Assembly: GCF_001457595.1 (NCBI RefSeq)
Contig: NZ_LN831039.1
Span: forward strand, 4,170,001-4,202,000
Direction of reading: 5' to 3'
DNA: 32,000 bases
DNA from: Mycolicibacterium smegmatis
GTDB taxonomy: Bacteria > Actinomycetota > Actinomycetes > Mycobacteriales > Mycobacteriaceae
Part shown: piece after piece, positions 1-8,255 of the stretch
How the letters are laid out: every line of letters begins with the position of its first letter
Numbering within the stretch: position 1 is the stretch's first letter
The notes under the pieces: generated by a model
Told to the model about the DNA's origin: nothing
The model's input: the letters and a program-made list of their open reading frames with translations, nothing else
Database searches by the model: none
Program-made: the position numbers and the translations under genes

Positions 1-1044
1 ATGACCACTCCCCTCGGTGATCCCGTAGTTGGCGAGTTGAATCGCGTGGGGAACGCGGGCCTGCAGCTTGCGCAGAAGGTCTTCGCCACCGGTGTTCATC
101 AACACCCGCAGCGAGGACAGGTCGGCCACGGCGAAGTCGGGGTGGTCGAGTATGCGCATCCAGATGGTCTCGAAACACGGGATCGCGTGGGTGACCCGCT
201 CCTCGACCATCGCACGTAGCGATTGCGCGGGGTCGAAGACACCGGCATGGACGAAAGATGCGCCTGCGGTGATGCAAGCGGTGAGGGTGGCCAGTCCCGC
301 GGTGTGGAAGAGGGGTAGCGGGCACCAGAACACAGACGTCTCGTCGAGCAGGTAGCGGTCGAACGCGAGCGACGTTCCCTGCGCGACAACAGCCACGTGG
401 GCGATCATGCACGCTTTGGGCGATGCCGAGGTACCCGACGTATACATGAGATACGCGACCTCGCCGCCGGGTGCGGGTTCTTCCTGGTCGACGCCGTGCC
501 GGCTGGTCCGTTCCCTCGGGTGGGTCGTCGGCAGGCCGACGGCGCTCTGATGGGTGAAGGCCCGGGCCGGCGGTGAGTATCCGTCGTCGGCGAGGACGAT
601 GATGCGTCGCAGACGGGGCGTGGCGGTCAACGCGAGGTCCGGACCCGGCGCTTCGGCGAGGCCCGGAATCGCACTCAGCAGTTCGGCCGGCCGGTCGGAG
701 TGCTGGTTGGGCGCAATCGTGATGACTGCTGCGAGATCGCTGTGGGCGATCACGTAACTCAGTTCGTCGGTGCGGAAACGATCGTTGATCGCGACGGTGA
801 CTGCGCCGGCACGGGCACAGGCGACGATGGCGGCGATCATGTCGAGCGATGCGGGCATCCACAACCCGACATGGTCACCGGCCTGTACACCGGCTCGGCG
901 CAACATCCGGACGAAGTCGTCGACGCGAACATCCATCTCTGCGTAGGTGTATCGCTGGTCGGGAAAGGCGAACACCGAATCGGGATGTGCCGAGGCGCTG
1001 CGGCGCAGCAGGTCGCTGAGGTTACGCGGGACCGCTTCTGTCAT
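1..1044 (-). CDS. Class I acyl-CoA synthetase / AMP-dependent ligase, partial (runs off the left edge)
   Basis: Minus-strand open frame from ATG at 1044 (MTEAVPRNLSDLLRRSASAHPDSVFAFPDQRYTYAEMDVRV...) with AMP-binding core motif 'YLMYTSGTSASPKAC' and 'ANYGITE' near the edge; absent from the ORF track because no stop lies in the window. Confidence 0.88.
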   Translation of the reverse strand, partial: MTEAVPRNLSDLLRRSASAHPDSVFAFPDQRYTYAEMDVRVDDFVRMLRRAGVQAGDHVGLWMPASLDMIAAIVACARAGAVTVAINDRFRTDELSYVIAHSDLAAVITIAPNQHSDRPAELLSAIPGLAEAPGPDLALTATPRLRRIIVLADDGYSPPARAFTHQSAVGLPTTHPRERTSRHGVDQEEPAPGGEVAYLMYTSGTSASPKACMIAHVAVVAQGTSLAFDRYLLDETSVFWCPLPLFHTAGLATLTACITAGASFVHAGVFDPAQSLRAMVEERVTHAIPCFETIWMRILDHPDFAVADLSSLRVLMNTGGEDLLRKLQARVPHAIQLANYGITEGSGH

Positions 1045-1075
1045 GGTGATGGCTCGATTCCATTGCATGCTGCTC

Positions 1076-1867
1076 TCACTGCCCGGTGAATACCGGTGCT
1101 CGGTGTTCGCTGAATGCCGACATCCCTTCGGCAAAGTCACAGGACCCGATGTAGTCCCCGAAGGTCGTGAGTTCGAGCCCGAGTCCGACAGACACCGGTT
1201 GGTTCCTGGCGCTGTGAGCGGTGCGTTTCATGTGGGCCAAGGCCAAGGGACTGAGGTCGGCAATGTGCGCCGCAAGTTCGCCTGCGACGCCGATGAGTTC
1301 GTCGTGCGGGACGACTTCGTCGACGAGTCCGGTGAGGTGTCGGTGGCCTGCGGGCAGCAACTCACCGCTGAGTAGCAACCGCGCGGCGATGTTGGGCGGG
1401 ACCTTGTTGACCAAGCGAGCGACTCCCCCGGCGCCGGGGAGGACGCCGTACCGGGCGTGGCCGTCTCCGATGAGCGCGGTGTCGGCCGCCAGTACGATGT
1501 CGCAGCACAGCAGCAGTTCCATACCGCCTGCGACGGCCACCCCGTTGACGGCGGCGATCACCGGCCTCGGACTGTCTTCCAGCCGGCTCAGGGTTTTCGC
1601 GGTGTGGTCGACGAACCGCACGAGTCCCTCTCGATCACCGCGGTCGAGGAACTGCTTGAACTCCCGCAGATCGCCACCCGCGCTGAACGCCGGGCCCATG
1701 CCGGTCACGACGATCACACGACACGACGGGTCGTTCTCGATCTGGTCGAGCGCAGCATTCAGGTCGGAGATGAGCTGTTGTGACAACGCGTTCCGTTTGT
1801 CGGCACGGTTGAGCCGCAGCCAGCCGACCCCTCGTGTGATGGCGAGCAACACCGTGGATTTCGTCAC
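1076..1867 (-). CDS. Enoyl-CoA hydratase/isomerase (crotonase superfamily)
   Basis: ORF 1076..2203 contains crotonase signatures (LNRADKRNALSQQL, GPAFSAGGDLREF, VAVNGVAVAGGMELLLCCDIVLAADTALIG, GVLPGAGG). Likely GTG start at 1867 (VTKSTVLLAITRG); the upstream extension looks out of frame and non-homologous. Confidence 0.9.
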   Translation of the reverse strand: MTKSTVLLAITRGVGWLRLNRADKRNALSQQLISDLNAALDQIENDPSCRVIVVTGMGPAFSAGGDLREFKQFLDRGDREGLVRFVDHTAKTLSRLEDSPRPVIAAVNGVAVAGGMELLLCCDIVLAADTALIGDGHARYGVLPGAGGVARLVNKVPPNIAARLLLSGELLPAGHRHLTGLVDEVVPHDELIGVAGELAAHIADLSPLALAHMKRTAHSARNQPVSVGLGLELTTFGDYIGSCDFAEGMSAFSEHRAPVFTGQ

Positions 1868-2016
1868 GGATGGTCCTTCCCGGATGGGCCGACAGCGGCG
1901 TCGGCGAGGTCGGGGATGCGACTGTGTGCACGCCAAGGCGCAACCGCCTCGGCGAATGCTCGCCGGAAGTCGCCGCTCGTTCCGGCGATCAAGATTGTTC
2001 GCATCGCTGCCTCCAT
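1864..2016 (-). CDS. Possible 50-aa ORF overlapping the start of the enoyl-CoA hydratase gene
   Basis: ATG at 2016: MEAAMRTILIAGTSGDFRRAFAEAVAPWRAHSRIPDLADAAVGPSGKDHP*, stop overlapping the GTG of the next gene (GTGA). Confidence 0.3.
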   Translation of the reverse strand: MEAAMRTILIAGTSGDFRRAFAEAVAPWRAHSRIPDLADAAVGPSGKDHP

Positions 2017-2307
2017 GCCCCGCCATCTCAATAAGCACAGTGTCGAAAAAAAATAAGCACTCCGTCAAGTATCGGCGTGGACGCCTAGTCCGGAGGGGCC
2101 GACTGGGGGCGTCCGACCGGACGTGCGCGATGCGACGACGCCGGGCCGCCAGCCCGAAGTCGTTGTGCCGTAAGGCCATAACCGATGGCGACCGATCAGA
2201 CACCTCGCGACCGAAACGGGTGACCGCGTCGCCGACAACAAGCTGATAAAAATCAGCACTGTGTGGATTCGTGCTAACCTGACTGCCGTGACAGGGAAGT
2301 TCGCCCG

Positions 2308-2907
2308 TTGACCCGACGGAGATCGACCGCGCCGAGCAAAGGCGACCGGCGACGCGAAGCGGTGTTGGACGCGGCCGAGGCTCTCCTGAGCACGACGGGT
2401 TATCACGCGATGACGATCGCGGATATTGCCGACGGCGCGGGCATCACCCGCGGTGCGCTCTACTTCTACTTCGGCTCGAAGCAGGAGGTCATCACAGCTC
2501 TGTTTGCGCGCTGCGTCGAAGTGCTGCACGAGAAGTCCCGAGCAGCGGCCGCTGACGCCGCCAGCGGGGCCGCCGCCATCGATATGGCGATGGAGCGCAC
2601 GGAGGCGCTGTGGCGCGAGCACGGCGTGGTGATGCGCACGGCGATCGATCTCGCTTCCACCGTCGAGGAGCTCGACAGGCTGTGGGCCGATACCGCCGAT
2701 CTGTTCATCGACGCCATCAGGGCGATCTTGGAGAACATGGGAGTGCCGGCAGGTTCAGGCGTGGACGAATCCTCGTCGCTCGCCAAAACGTTGTGCTGGA
2801 TGATCGAACGGAACTTCTATCAGGCCTCACGGATTTCGAACGCAGAACTGGCGAAGGCGAGTCGGACCTGTGCCGAGATCTGGCGGCGGGCTGCGCGCAG
2901 CGCATGA
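2308..2907 (+). CDS. TetR/AcrR family transcriptional regulator
   Basis: N-terminal TetR HTH: RREAVLDAAEALLSTTGYHAMTIADIADGAGITRGALYFYFGSKQEVITALF. Confidence 0.92.
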   Translation: MTRRRSTAPSKGDRRREAVLDAAEALLSTTGYHAMTIADIADGAGITRGALYFYFGSKQEVITALFARCVEVLHEKSRAAAADAASGAAAIDMAMERTEALWREHGVVMRTAIDLASTVEELDRLWADTADLFIDAIRAILENMGVPAGSGVDESSSLAKTLCWMIERNFYQASRISNAELAKASRTCAEIWRRAARSA

Positions 2908-3172
2908 GCCGGTCGGTCAGGCATAGTCCTCAGACCCGGGTTGATGCGTGGCGGTGCCCAGGAACACAATGGGGTGCCCTGTGCATGGCGCAGATGAAGC
3001 GAGTGAATATCACTTTTGCTCCGTGACCCAGCTTCAGGTCTACTGGTCGTACCGCCGCTACGTCGTCGGCACCTACTCTCCCTAGCTAGATGCCGGCGCG
3101 TAGCGGACGGTTGAGGCAGTGCGCTTTTCGGCTCGACAGCGCGGGCGCCAAGTCCGGTCCCCTGGTCCGCGG

Positions 3173-4660
3173 TCAGTCCGTGGCGTGTCGATCACGATAT
3201 CCCTCAAGAAGTTTGAGCCATACCTCGCTGACGGTCGGAAAACACGGCACGGCGTGCCAGAGCCGCTCGATGGGTACCTGCCCGGCGACTGCGATCGTGG
3301 CGGCGTGCAACATCTCGACGACTCCTGGCCCGACCATGGTCACGCCCAACAGGTACCGGTGGTCTTCGTCGACAACGATGCGAGCGGCACCGCGGTACCC
3401 GTCTGCATAGAAGTTCGCGCCCGGTACCGTCCCCATGTCGACATCGACGATGTAGATCCGGTGTCCACGCCGTCTGGCTTCGTCGGCGGTCAGTCCCACC
3501 GAACCGGCCTCAGGATCGGTGAAGAACGCCTGTGGCACGGCCAGATTGTTCGCAGTTGCGGCATGTGCACTCCATGGGGCTGTGTCCACGGTGTGGCCGC
3601 GGGCCCGGGCGCCGATCACGGCACCGGCAATGCGGGCTTGGTACTTGCCTTGATGCGTCAGCAGGGCACGGCGGTTGACATCACCGAGTGCATAGAGCCA
3701 CTGCCCCTCGACCCCACGCACCGAACAGGTGTCGTCGACATCCAGCCAGGTTCCCGGCGGTAGGCCGACGGTCTCCAACCCGATGTGGGTGGTGTTGGGT
3801 GTACGGCCGGTCGCGAAGAGGATCTGGTCGACCTCGATCTGTTCTCCGCTGTCGAGGCTGACCTGTACCGGACCGTTGGGCCGTGGGCGGTGCACTGCGG
3901 TGACCGAAACGCCCGTTCGTACGTCCACGCCCGCTTCGGCCAACCCGAGACGCACGTGCTCACCGACGAACGGCTCCATGCGGGGCAGCAGCGTGTCGGT
4001 GCGTGCCAGCAGCGTCACGTTCGCACCCAGCCCGCGCCAGGCCGTGGCCATCTCCACTCCGACACCCCCGCCGCCGACAACCGCCAGTCGGTCCGGCACG
4101 GTGCTGCTGTCGGTGGCCCTGCGGTTCGTCCACGGTTCGATCTCGGCCAGGCCCGGCAGGTGTGGAAGTGCGGCGGTGCTGCCGGTGCAGATCACCACCG
4201 CGTGGCGGGCATTGAGGGTCAGAACGTTGTGCTCGTCGGTGCTCACACACACCTTGCGTGCGCCGTCGAGTGTGGCGTGCCCACGCACCAGCCGAGGCCC
4301 CATGGTGGCGACCGCTTCTGCGACCGGGGTGTCGTCCCAGTTGGTGACGTATCGGTCGCGCCGCGCGAAGACTCCTTTGGAATCGATTGCGCCGACGACC
4401 GCTTCACGCGCGCCGTCAACGCGGCGCGCATCGGCAACCGCCAGCACCGGTCGCAGCAAGGACTTGCTTGGCACGCATCCCCAGAAGTTGCACTCCCCGC
4501 CGACGAGTTCACGCTCGACCAGTGCCACCGACAGGCCTTCGGCGTGGGCGCGGTCCGCGGCATTGATGCCGACCGGCCCGCCACCGATGACGACGACGTC
4601 GTATGTTTCGGCAGTCTCCGCCCCGCTGGGGGTCAGCGCGGTTGAATCTGGCTCTTTCAC
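3173..4660 (-). CDS. FAD-dependent pyridine nucleotide-disulfide oxidoreductase (mercuric reductase / dihydrolipoyl dehydrogenase-like)
   Basis: FAD-binding YDVVVIGGGPVGINAADRA, redox motif GGECNFWGCVPSKSLLRP, NAD-binding LAVVGGGGVGVEMATAW, FATGRTPNT, and C-terminal dimerisation-domain-like sequence (QAFFTDPEAGSVGLTADEA; catalytic-base-like HAVPCFPTVSEVW). Confidence 0.92.
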   Translation of the reverse strand: MKEPDSTALTPSGAETAETYDVVVIGGGPVGINAADRAHAEGLSVALVERELVGGECNFWGCVPSKSLLRPVLAVADARRVDGAREAVVGAIDSKGVFARRDRYVTNWDDTPVAEAVATMGPRLVRGHATLDGARKVCVSTDEHNVLTLNARHAVVICTGSTAALPHLPGLAEIEPWTNRRATDSSTVPDRLAVVGGGGVGVEMATAWRGLGANVTLLARTDTLLPRMEPFVGEHVRLGLAEAGVDVRTGVSVTAVHRPRPNGPVQVSLDSGEQIEVDQILFATGRTPNTTHIGLETVGLPPGTWLDVDDTCSVRGVEGQWLYALGDVNRRALLTHQGKYQARIAGAVIGARARGHTVDTAPWSAHAATANNLAVPQAFFTDPEAGSVGLTADEARRRGHRIYIVDVDMGTVPGANFYADGYRGAARIVVDEDHRYLLGVTMVGPGVVEMLHAATIAVAGQVPIERLWHAVPCFPTVSEVWLKLLEGYRDRHATD

Positions 4661-5080
4661 AATAGGTTCCCTTCCTCAAGTACCGCGGATTCAAGACCTG
4701 AACGTGAATTCATATGCTGTACAGGTGTTTTAACGACCCGGCCAAGCGGTCGGTGACATGTCTGATCTGCCGAACAGGCGTCGGACATCATTCGAGTTCT
4801 CGACAATATCGAACCTGGACAGCGCCAGTGCCCCAAACAATTTCGCAGCTCAGTGATCTGACTTGCCATATCCATACGGATGCCTCCGCTGTCGCTGATC
4901 ACCCAGCTCGCAGGCTGGTCACAGTTGATTCGGCTGGCTTCCCGTGGTGTCGATCAGCAGATCATGGGACGCAAGTCTGGTCGGACGCCGTCGCGCAAGT
5001 GGGGCGATACACCCAATATTCTGGGGCATAAGGCCCAAGATGTCCAGGCTTGATTCAGACGTCAAGCGGCCGACGCATGC

Positions 5081-6418
5081 TCAACCTCGGCGGCGCTCGC
5101 GCCGGGGCGACTTCGAAGTGGCGAAATTGCCGACATAATTCAGCGCACCGGTCATGGCAGCCTTGAACGGTTCTGACGATGAAGTGATGTGGGTGAGCAT
5201 GGTGCTGCCCTGGTGGGCAATGACGAGCACCGCAGCGAGGTGACGCGGATCTGCGTCGTCGCGTAGGTCGTGTTGCCGCACCATGGCGGTCATACCGTCG
5301 TAGAAGAGCGCCAGCCAGCGGTCGTAACCGGCGGCGATGTCGTCGAGAACCTCATCGTCGGCTTCGAGCAACTCACTGGTCAGCGACCCGTACACGCAGC
5401 CATTGCGCAGATAGTTCTCGCCGCCTTGCAACCAGCACAGTTCGGCCCATTTGTGCAGCGAGGAGATGTTGCGCAGTCCGCCCATCTCGGGTTGCGCGTG
5501 AAAGGCGAGGACGAAGTCCGTGCGGGCGGCGATGACTTGACGCACCAGATCCTGTTTGGTCGCGAAATAGTGTGACATCTGAGATCCGCTGACCCCTACC
5601 TCCGCGCGGACGTCGTCCAAACTGGTGCCGTTGACGCCGTGCTGGAGTATCAACTGAGCGGCGCCCTCCAGGATGCGGGAGCGGGTGGCCAAGCCTTTCC
5701 TCGTGAATCCCAGCGCCGCCGTTTCCTGAGGTGGCCGGCCCCGTGGCCGGTCACGCCGCCGGGGTATCGGCTGCACGCGGCGCTGTTGCGGATCTTTCGC
5801 GAACATCCGGATGTAGTTGACCAAAAATTGGGTCGCGTCGACCAATGGCCATTCCTGCCGGTAGGTGAACGCGAGCAGTCCGGCGCCCTGGTGGATGCCG
5901 ACGACGATCACCGCGAGGTGCCGCGGGTCCGCGTCGGGCCGCAGGAGGCCTGCACTCCTCATCCGGTGGAAGCCATCCTCCAGCAGAGTGATCCACCGCC
6001 AATAGCCCTCGGCGAAGGTCTTTCGGGTGTCCTCGTCCGTCTTGGCCAGCTGTCCCGCCAGGGCGTGATAGGTCGCTGTACCGCGGTAGCCGATCTTGCG
6101 CAGATACCGCACGTTGAGGTCGGCCCAACGCTGCCAATCCTCGAAGGTGTCCAGGCCACCGAGCGCAGGCTGGCGGTGAAAGTCCAGCACGATGTCGAGT
6201 TGGCGCCTCAGGACCGCCCTGATCAGATCGCCGCGGTCGCCGAAGTAGTGGTTGATCTGCGACCCGCTGACCGACGCCGCCTGGCGCACCTTCTCGACGT
6301 TGAAACCTTGCAAGCCACCACTGAGTAGGACGTCGGCCGCACACCGCAGGATGCGGTCTCGAGTCGCGAGCCCCTTGGCGGTGAAGCCACGTGTGGGCAA
6401 CGCATCCGCGGCGGTCAT
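5081..6418 (-). CDS. Double TetR-family regulator: two complete TetR units in one 445-aa polypeptide
   Basis: Internal repeat at protein level: GFTAKGLATRDRILRCAADVLLSGG...VSGSQINHYFGDRGDLIRAVLRRQLDIVLDFHRQPALGGL, and again GFTRKGLATRSRILEGAAQLILQHG...VSGSQMSHYFATKQDLVRQVIAARTDFVLAFHAQPEMGGL. C-terminal parts also repeat (LRPDADPRHLAVIVVGIHQG vs LRDDADPRHLAAVLVIAHQG). Confidence 0.92.
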   Translation of the reverse strand: MTAADALPTRGFTAKGLATRDRILRCAADVLLSGGLQGFNVEKVRQAASVSGSQINHYFGDRGDLIRAVLRRQLDIVLDFHRQPALGGLDTFEDWQRWADLNVRYLRKIGYRGTATYHALAGQLAKTDEDTRKTFAEGYWRWITLLEDGFHRMRSAGLLRPDADPRHLAVIVVGIHQGAGLLAFTYRQEWPLVDATQFLVNYIRMFAKDPQQRRVQPIPRRRDRPRGRPPQETAALGFTRKGLATRSRILEGAAQLILQHGVNGTSLDDVRAEVGVSGSQMSHYFATKQDLVRQVIAARTDFVLAFHAQPEMGGLRNISSLHKWAELCWLQGGENYLRNGCVYGSLTSELLEADDEVLDDIAAGYDRWLALFYDGMTAMVRQHDLRDDADPRHLAAVLVIAHQGSTMLTHITSSSEPFKAAMTGALNYVGNFATSKSPRRERRRG

Positions 6419-6556
6419 GACGCCATATTAAATTAGCTCATCGTCGTCATGACGCCGACGAATACGCCGAGGTGGTCAGAACGGTCGGTGGTGCGGCATC
6501 ATGGCGGGGCCAGGGTGGGGGCAGCCCCCCCCAAACTGCGTCAGACGAGTAGACGG

Positions 6557-7480
6557 TCAGCCGACACAGGCAGTGTCGTGTTCGACGTCATGAGCGCCTT
6601 CGAGTAGGGCGACCAGTTCGCCGACGTCACGCCGACGCGATGTGGCAGGCCACACCGCCCACGTCCGACGTCGTAGCGGGTCACCTGCAATACGCCGCCA
6701 GGTCAAGGCCGAAGGCAACGTCTGCCGGCAACATGCCGGAGCAAGAGTGAACGTGTTCCCCAGACTGACTGTGGCATAGGCGAATTCTGCGCTCGTTTCT
6801 TGTGGACGCGCGGGCGTCGGTTCGACGTGCACGCCGAATCCGCGCAACGTCGCCGTCACCTCGTCGTACCACGGCGGGCTGCTGTCTCGCGCAAAACCTT
6901 GCCACCTCAGAGTGCCCAGCGCCTCGAGGTCCACGTCAGTGGCAGGCAGACACAGTTGTTCGGCTCGGGCCGCGCTCACGATGGCACCGAGAGGTTCGTC
7001 AGCCACGAGCGTGGCGTCGAGGTCGGAGGTCACCGGCCGGTGACGCAGTAAGCCGATGTCCAGTTCGCGGCGTTCCAACAGCTCGATCTGGTCAACGCTG
7101 CTCATCTGATGAATCGCGATGACGGTCGATCGCCAGGCCTGGGTCAGGGCCGCAAGGGCGGTGGCCGGCATGCCGGCGGGTAGCCCGAACGGTATACCGA
7201 GCCGCAACAGAGTGCTCGTGCGCTTGCCGGACGAGAGCACGTCCATCGCTTGGTCGTAACGGGACAACACCGCCTTCGCCTCGGTCAACAGCAGTTCGCC
7301 TGCCGCTGTGGTGCGTACTCCCGCCCTGGTGCGCTCGAGCAGTCTGACACCCCACCGCTGCTCCAGCCCCCGGATTGTGTGCGACACCGCCGGCTGGCTG
7401 AGTCGAAGCCGTTCCGCGGCCGCAGCGAACCGGCCCGTTTCGACTACGGCGACGAATGCTCGCATCTCGCGAAGATCCAC
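6557..7480 (-). CDS. LysR family transcriptional regulator
   Basis: MDLREMRAFVAVVETGRFAAAAERLRLSQPAVSHTIRGLEQRWGVRLLERTRAGVRTTAAG (canonical LysR wHTH), followed by a substrate-binding-like domain. Confidence 0.93.
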   Translation of the reverse strand: MDLREMRAFVAVVETGRFAAAAERLRLSQPAVSHTIRGLEQRWGVRLLERTRAGVRTTAAGELLLTEAKAVLSRYDQAMDVLSSGKRTSTLLRLGIPFGLPAGMPATALAALTQAWRSTVIAIHQMSSVDQIELLERRELDIGLLRHRPVTSDLDATLVADEPLGAIVSAARAEQLCLPATDVDLEALGTLRWQGFARDSSPPWYDEVTATLRGFGVHVEPTPARPQETSAEFAYATVSLGNTFTLAPACCRQTLPSALTWRRIAGDPLRRRTWAVWPATSRRRDVGELVALLEGAHDVEHDTACVG

Positions 7481-7579
7481 GTCAGACTCCGGTTTCTTCC
7501 ATCAAGCCGAACGGCACTGCCGCCGGCGTTGCGTTTTCGCAGCAACTCCCCGCCGTGCACCAGACTCCACTGCGGGTCA

Positions 7580-7612
7580 AGCTAATGGTACACAGCACAG
7601 AAACCATTAGCT
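7580..7612. promoter_or_regulatory. Perfect 10-bp inverted repeat AGCTAATGGT-N13-ACCATTAGCT (putative operator, site 1)
   Basis: Read directly: agctaatggtacacagcacagaaaccattagct. The core recurs at 10465..10494 and 10748..10776. Confidence 0.65.
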
Positions 7613-8111
7613 CGTGGGTCGCATGGTGCGCTGTCCGGACCCCAAGTTCAGAGCACAACCGACAAACCCCGCAGCGTCACTTATCCTCGGCCCTGCTTCG
7701 CCGACGTGCGGGCGCCGGATTTTCTGGGTCACGGTCTCCACTTGAAGGCGCAACGACCCGGCGATATCGGCCGGCTCACGCCTTTCGACGTGGATGCCGG
7801 CCGTCGTTGTTGCGCGGCCTGCGCCCACTGCGCTCGAACATCGGAACTACCCTTGCCGGTCGTCTGAACGCAGCAGTTCGGTGCACGAGATCCCCGCTCG
7901 CGATACAAGCCAGCACCGCGTCGACAATCGCGGTCGAACGAACAAGGCTCGACGAGCCATGGACTTTCTGGGTGCTCTCACCCATACTGGGATCACGACT
8001 CACGACCTATCGTTTCGCCGTCGGCCGGCGCCCCACTGTCCTTTGATGTGGTTGTGATGTGCCGCTAGCGCATGTCCAAGAAGCTTCAGTTCGCGAGCCC
8101 CGAGGAGATCT

Positions 8112-8255
8112 GTGTCAGTGCCCCTGACCGCCGCGCTTGTCTACATCGGCGTTCTGGCAAGCGATTTCGAGTGGCATTCGGTGCCAGGGGGACGCCACAG
8201 CGCGATGACGCTGCGTCACTTATCAAACCATGTGAAAGCGAGTGAAGACTCATGA
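8112..8255 (+). CDS. Possible 47-aa ORF coupled to the downstream MDR gene
   Basis: GTG at 8112: MSVPLTAALVYIGVLASDFEWHSVPGGRHSAMTLRHLSNHVKASEDS*; its TGA overlaps the ATG at 8252 (ATGA). No homology could be recognised. Confidence 0.2.
   Translation: MSVPLTAALVYIGVLASDFEWHSVPGGRHSAMTLRHLSNHVKASEDS

Noticed and set aside
1221-2246. 341-aa plus-strand ORF
   Set aside because: Antisense shadow of the enoyl-CoA hydratase; Ser/Thr/Arg/Pro-rich, no domain pattern.
3729-4733. 334-aa plus-strand ORF and 286-aa ORF 3785..4645
   Set aside because: Both lie opposite the strongly supported flavoprotein oxidoreductase and have no recognisable motifs.
6510-6540. G-run/C-run 'gggtgggggcagcccccccc' considered as a strong terminator or G-quadruplex
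   Set aside because: It can form a short GGGGG-cag-CCCCC hairpin downstream of the LysR gene, but there is no clear T-tract and the evidence is too weak to annotate.
7607-8057. Several 70-190-aa overlapping ORFs on both strands between LysR and MDR genes
   Set aside because: No motif recognised and strands conflict; the region may hold a decayed gene but I cannot support any coding call.
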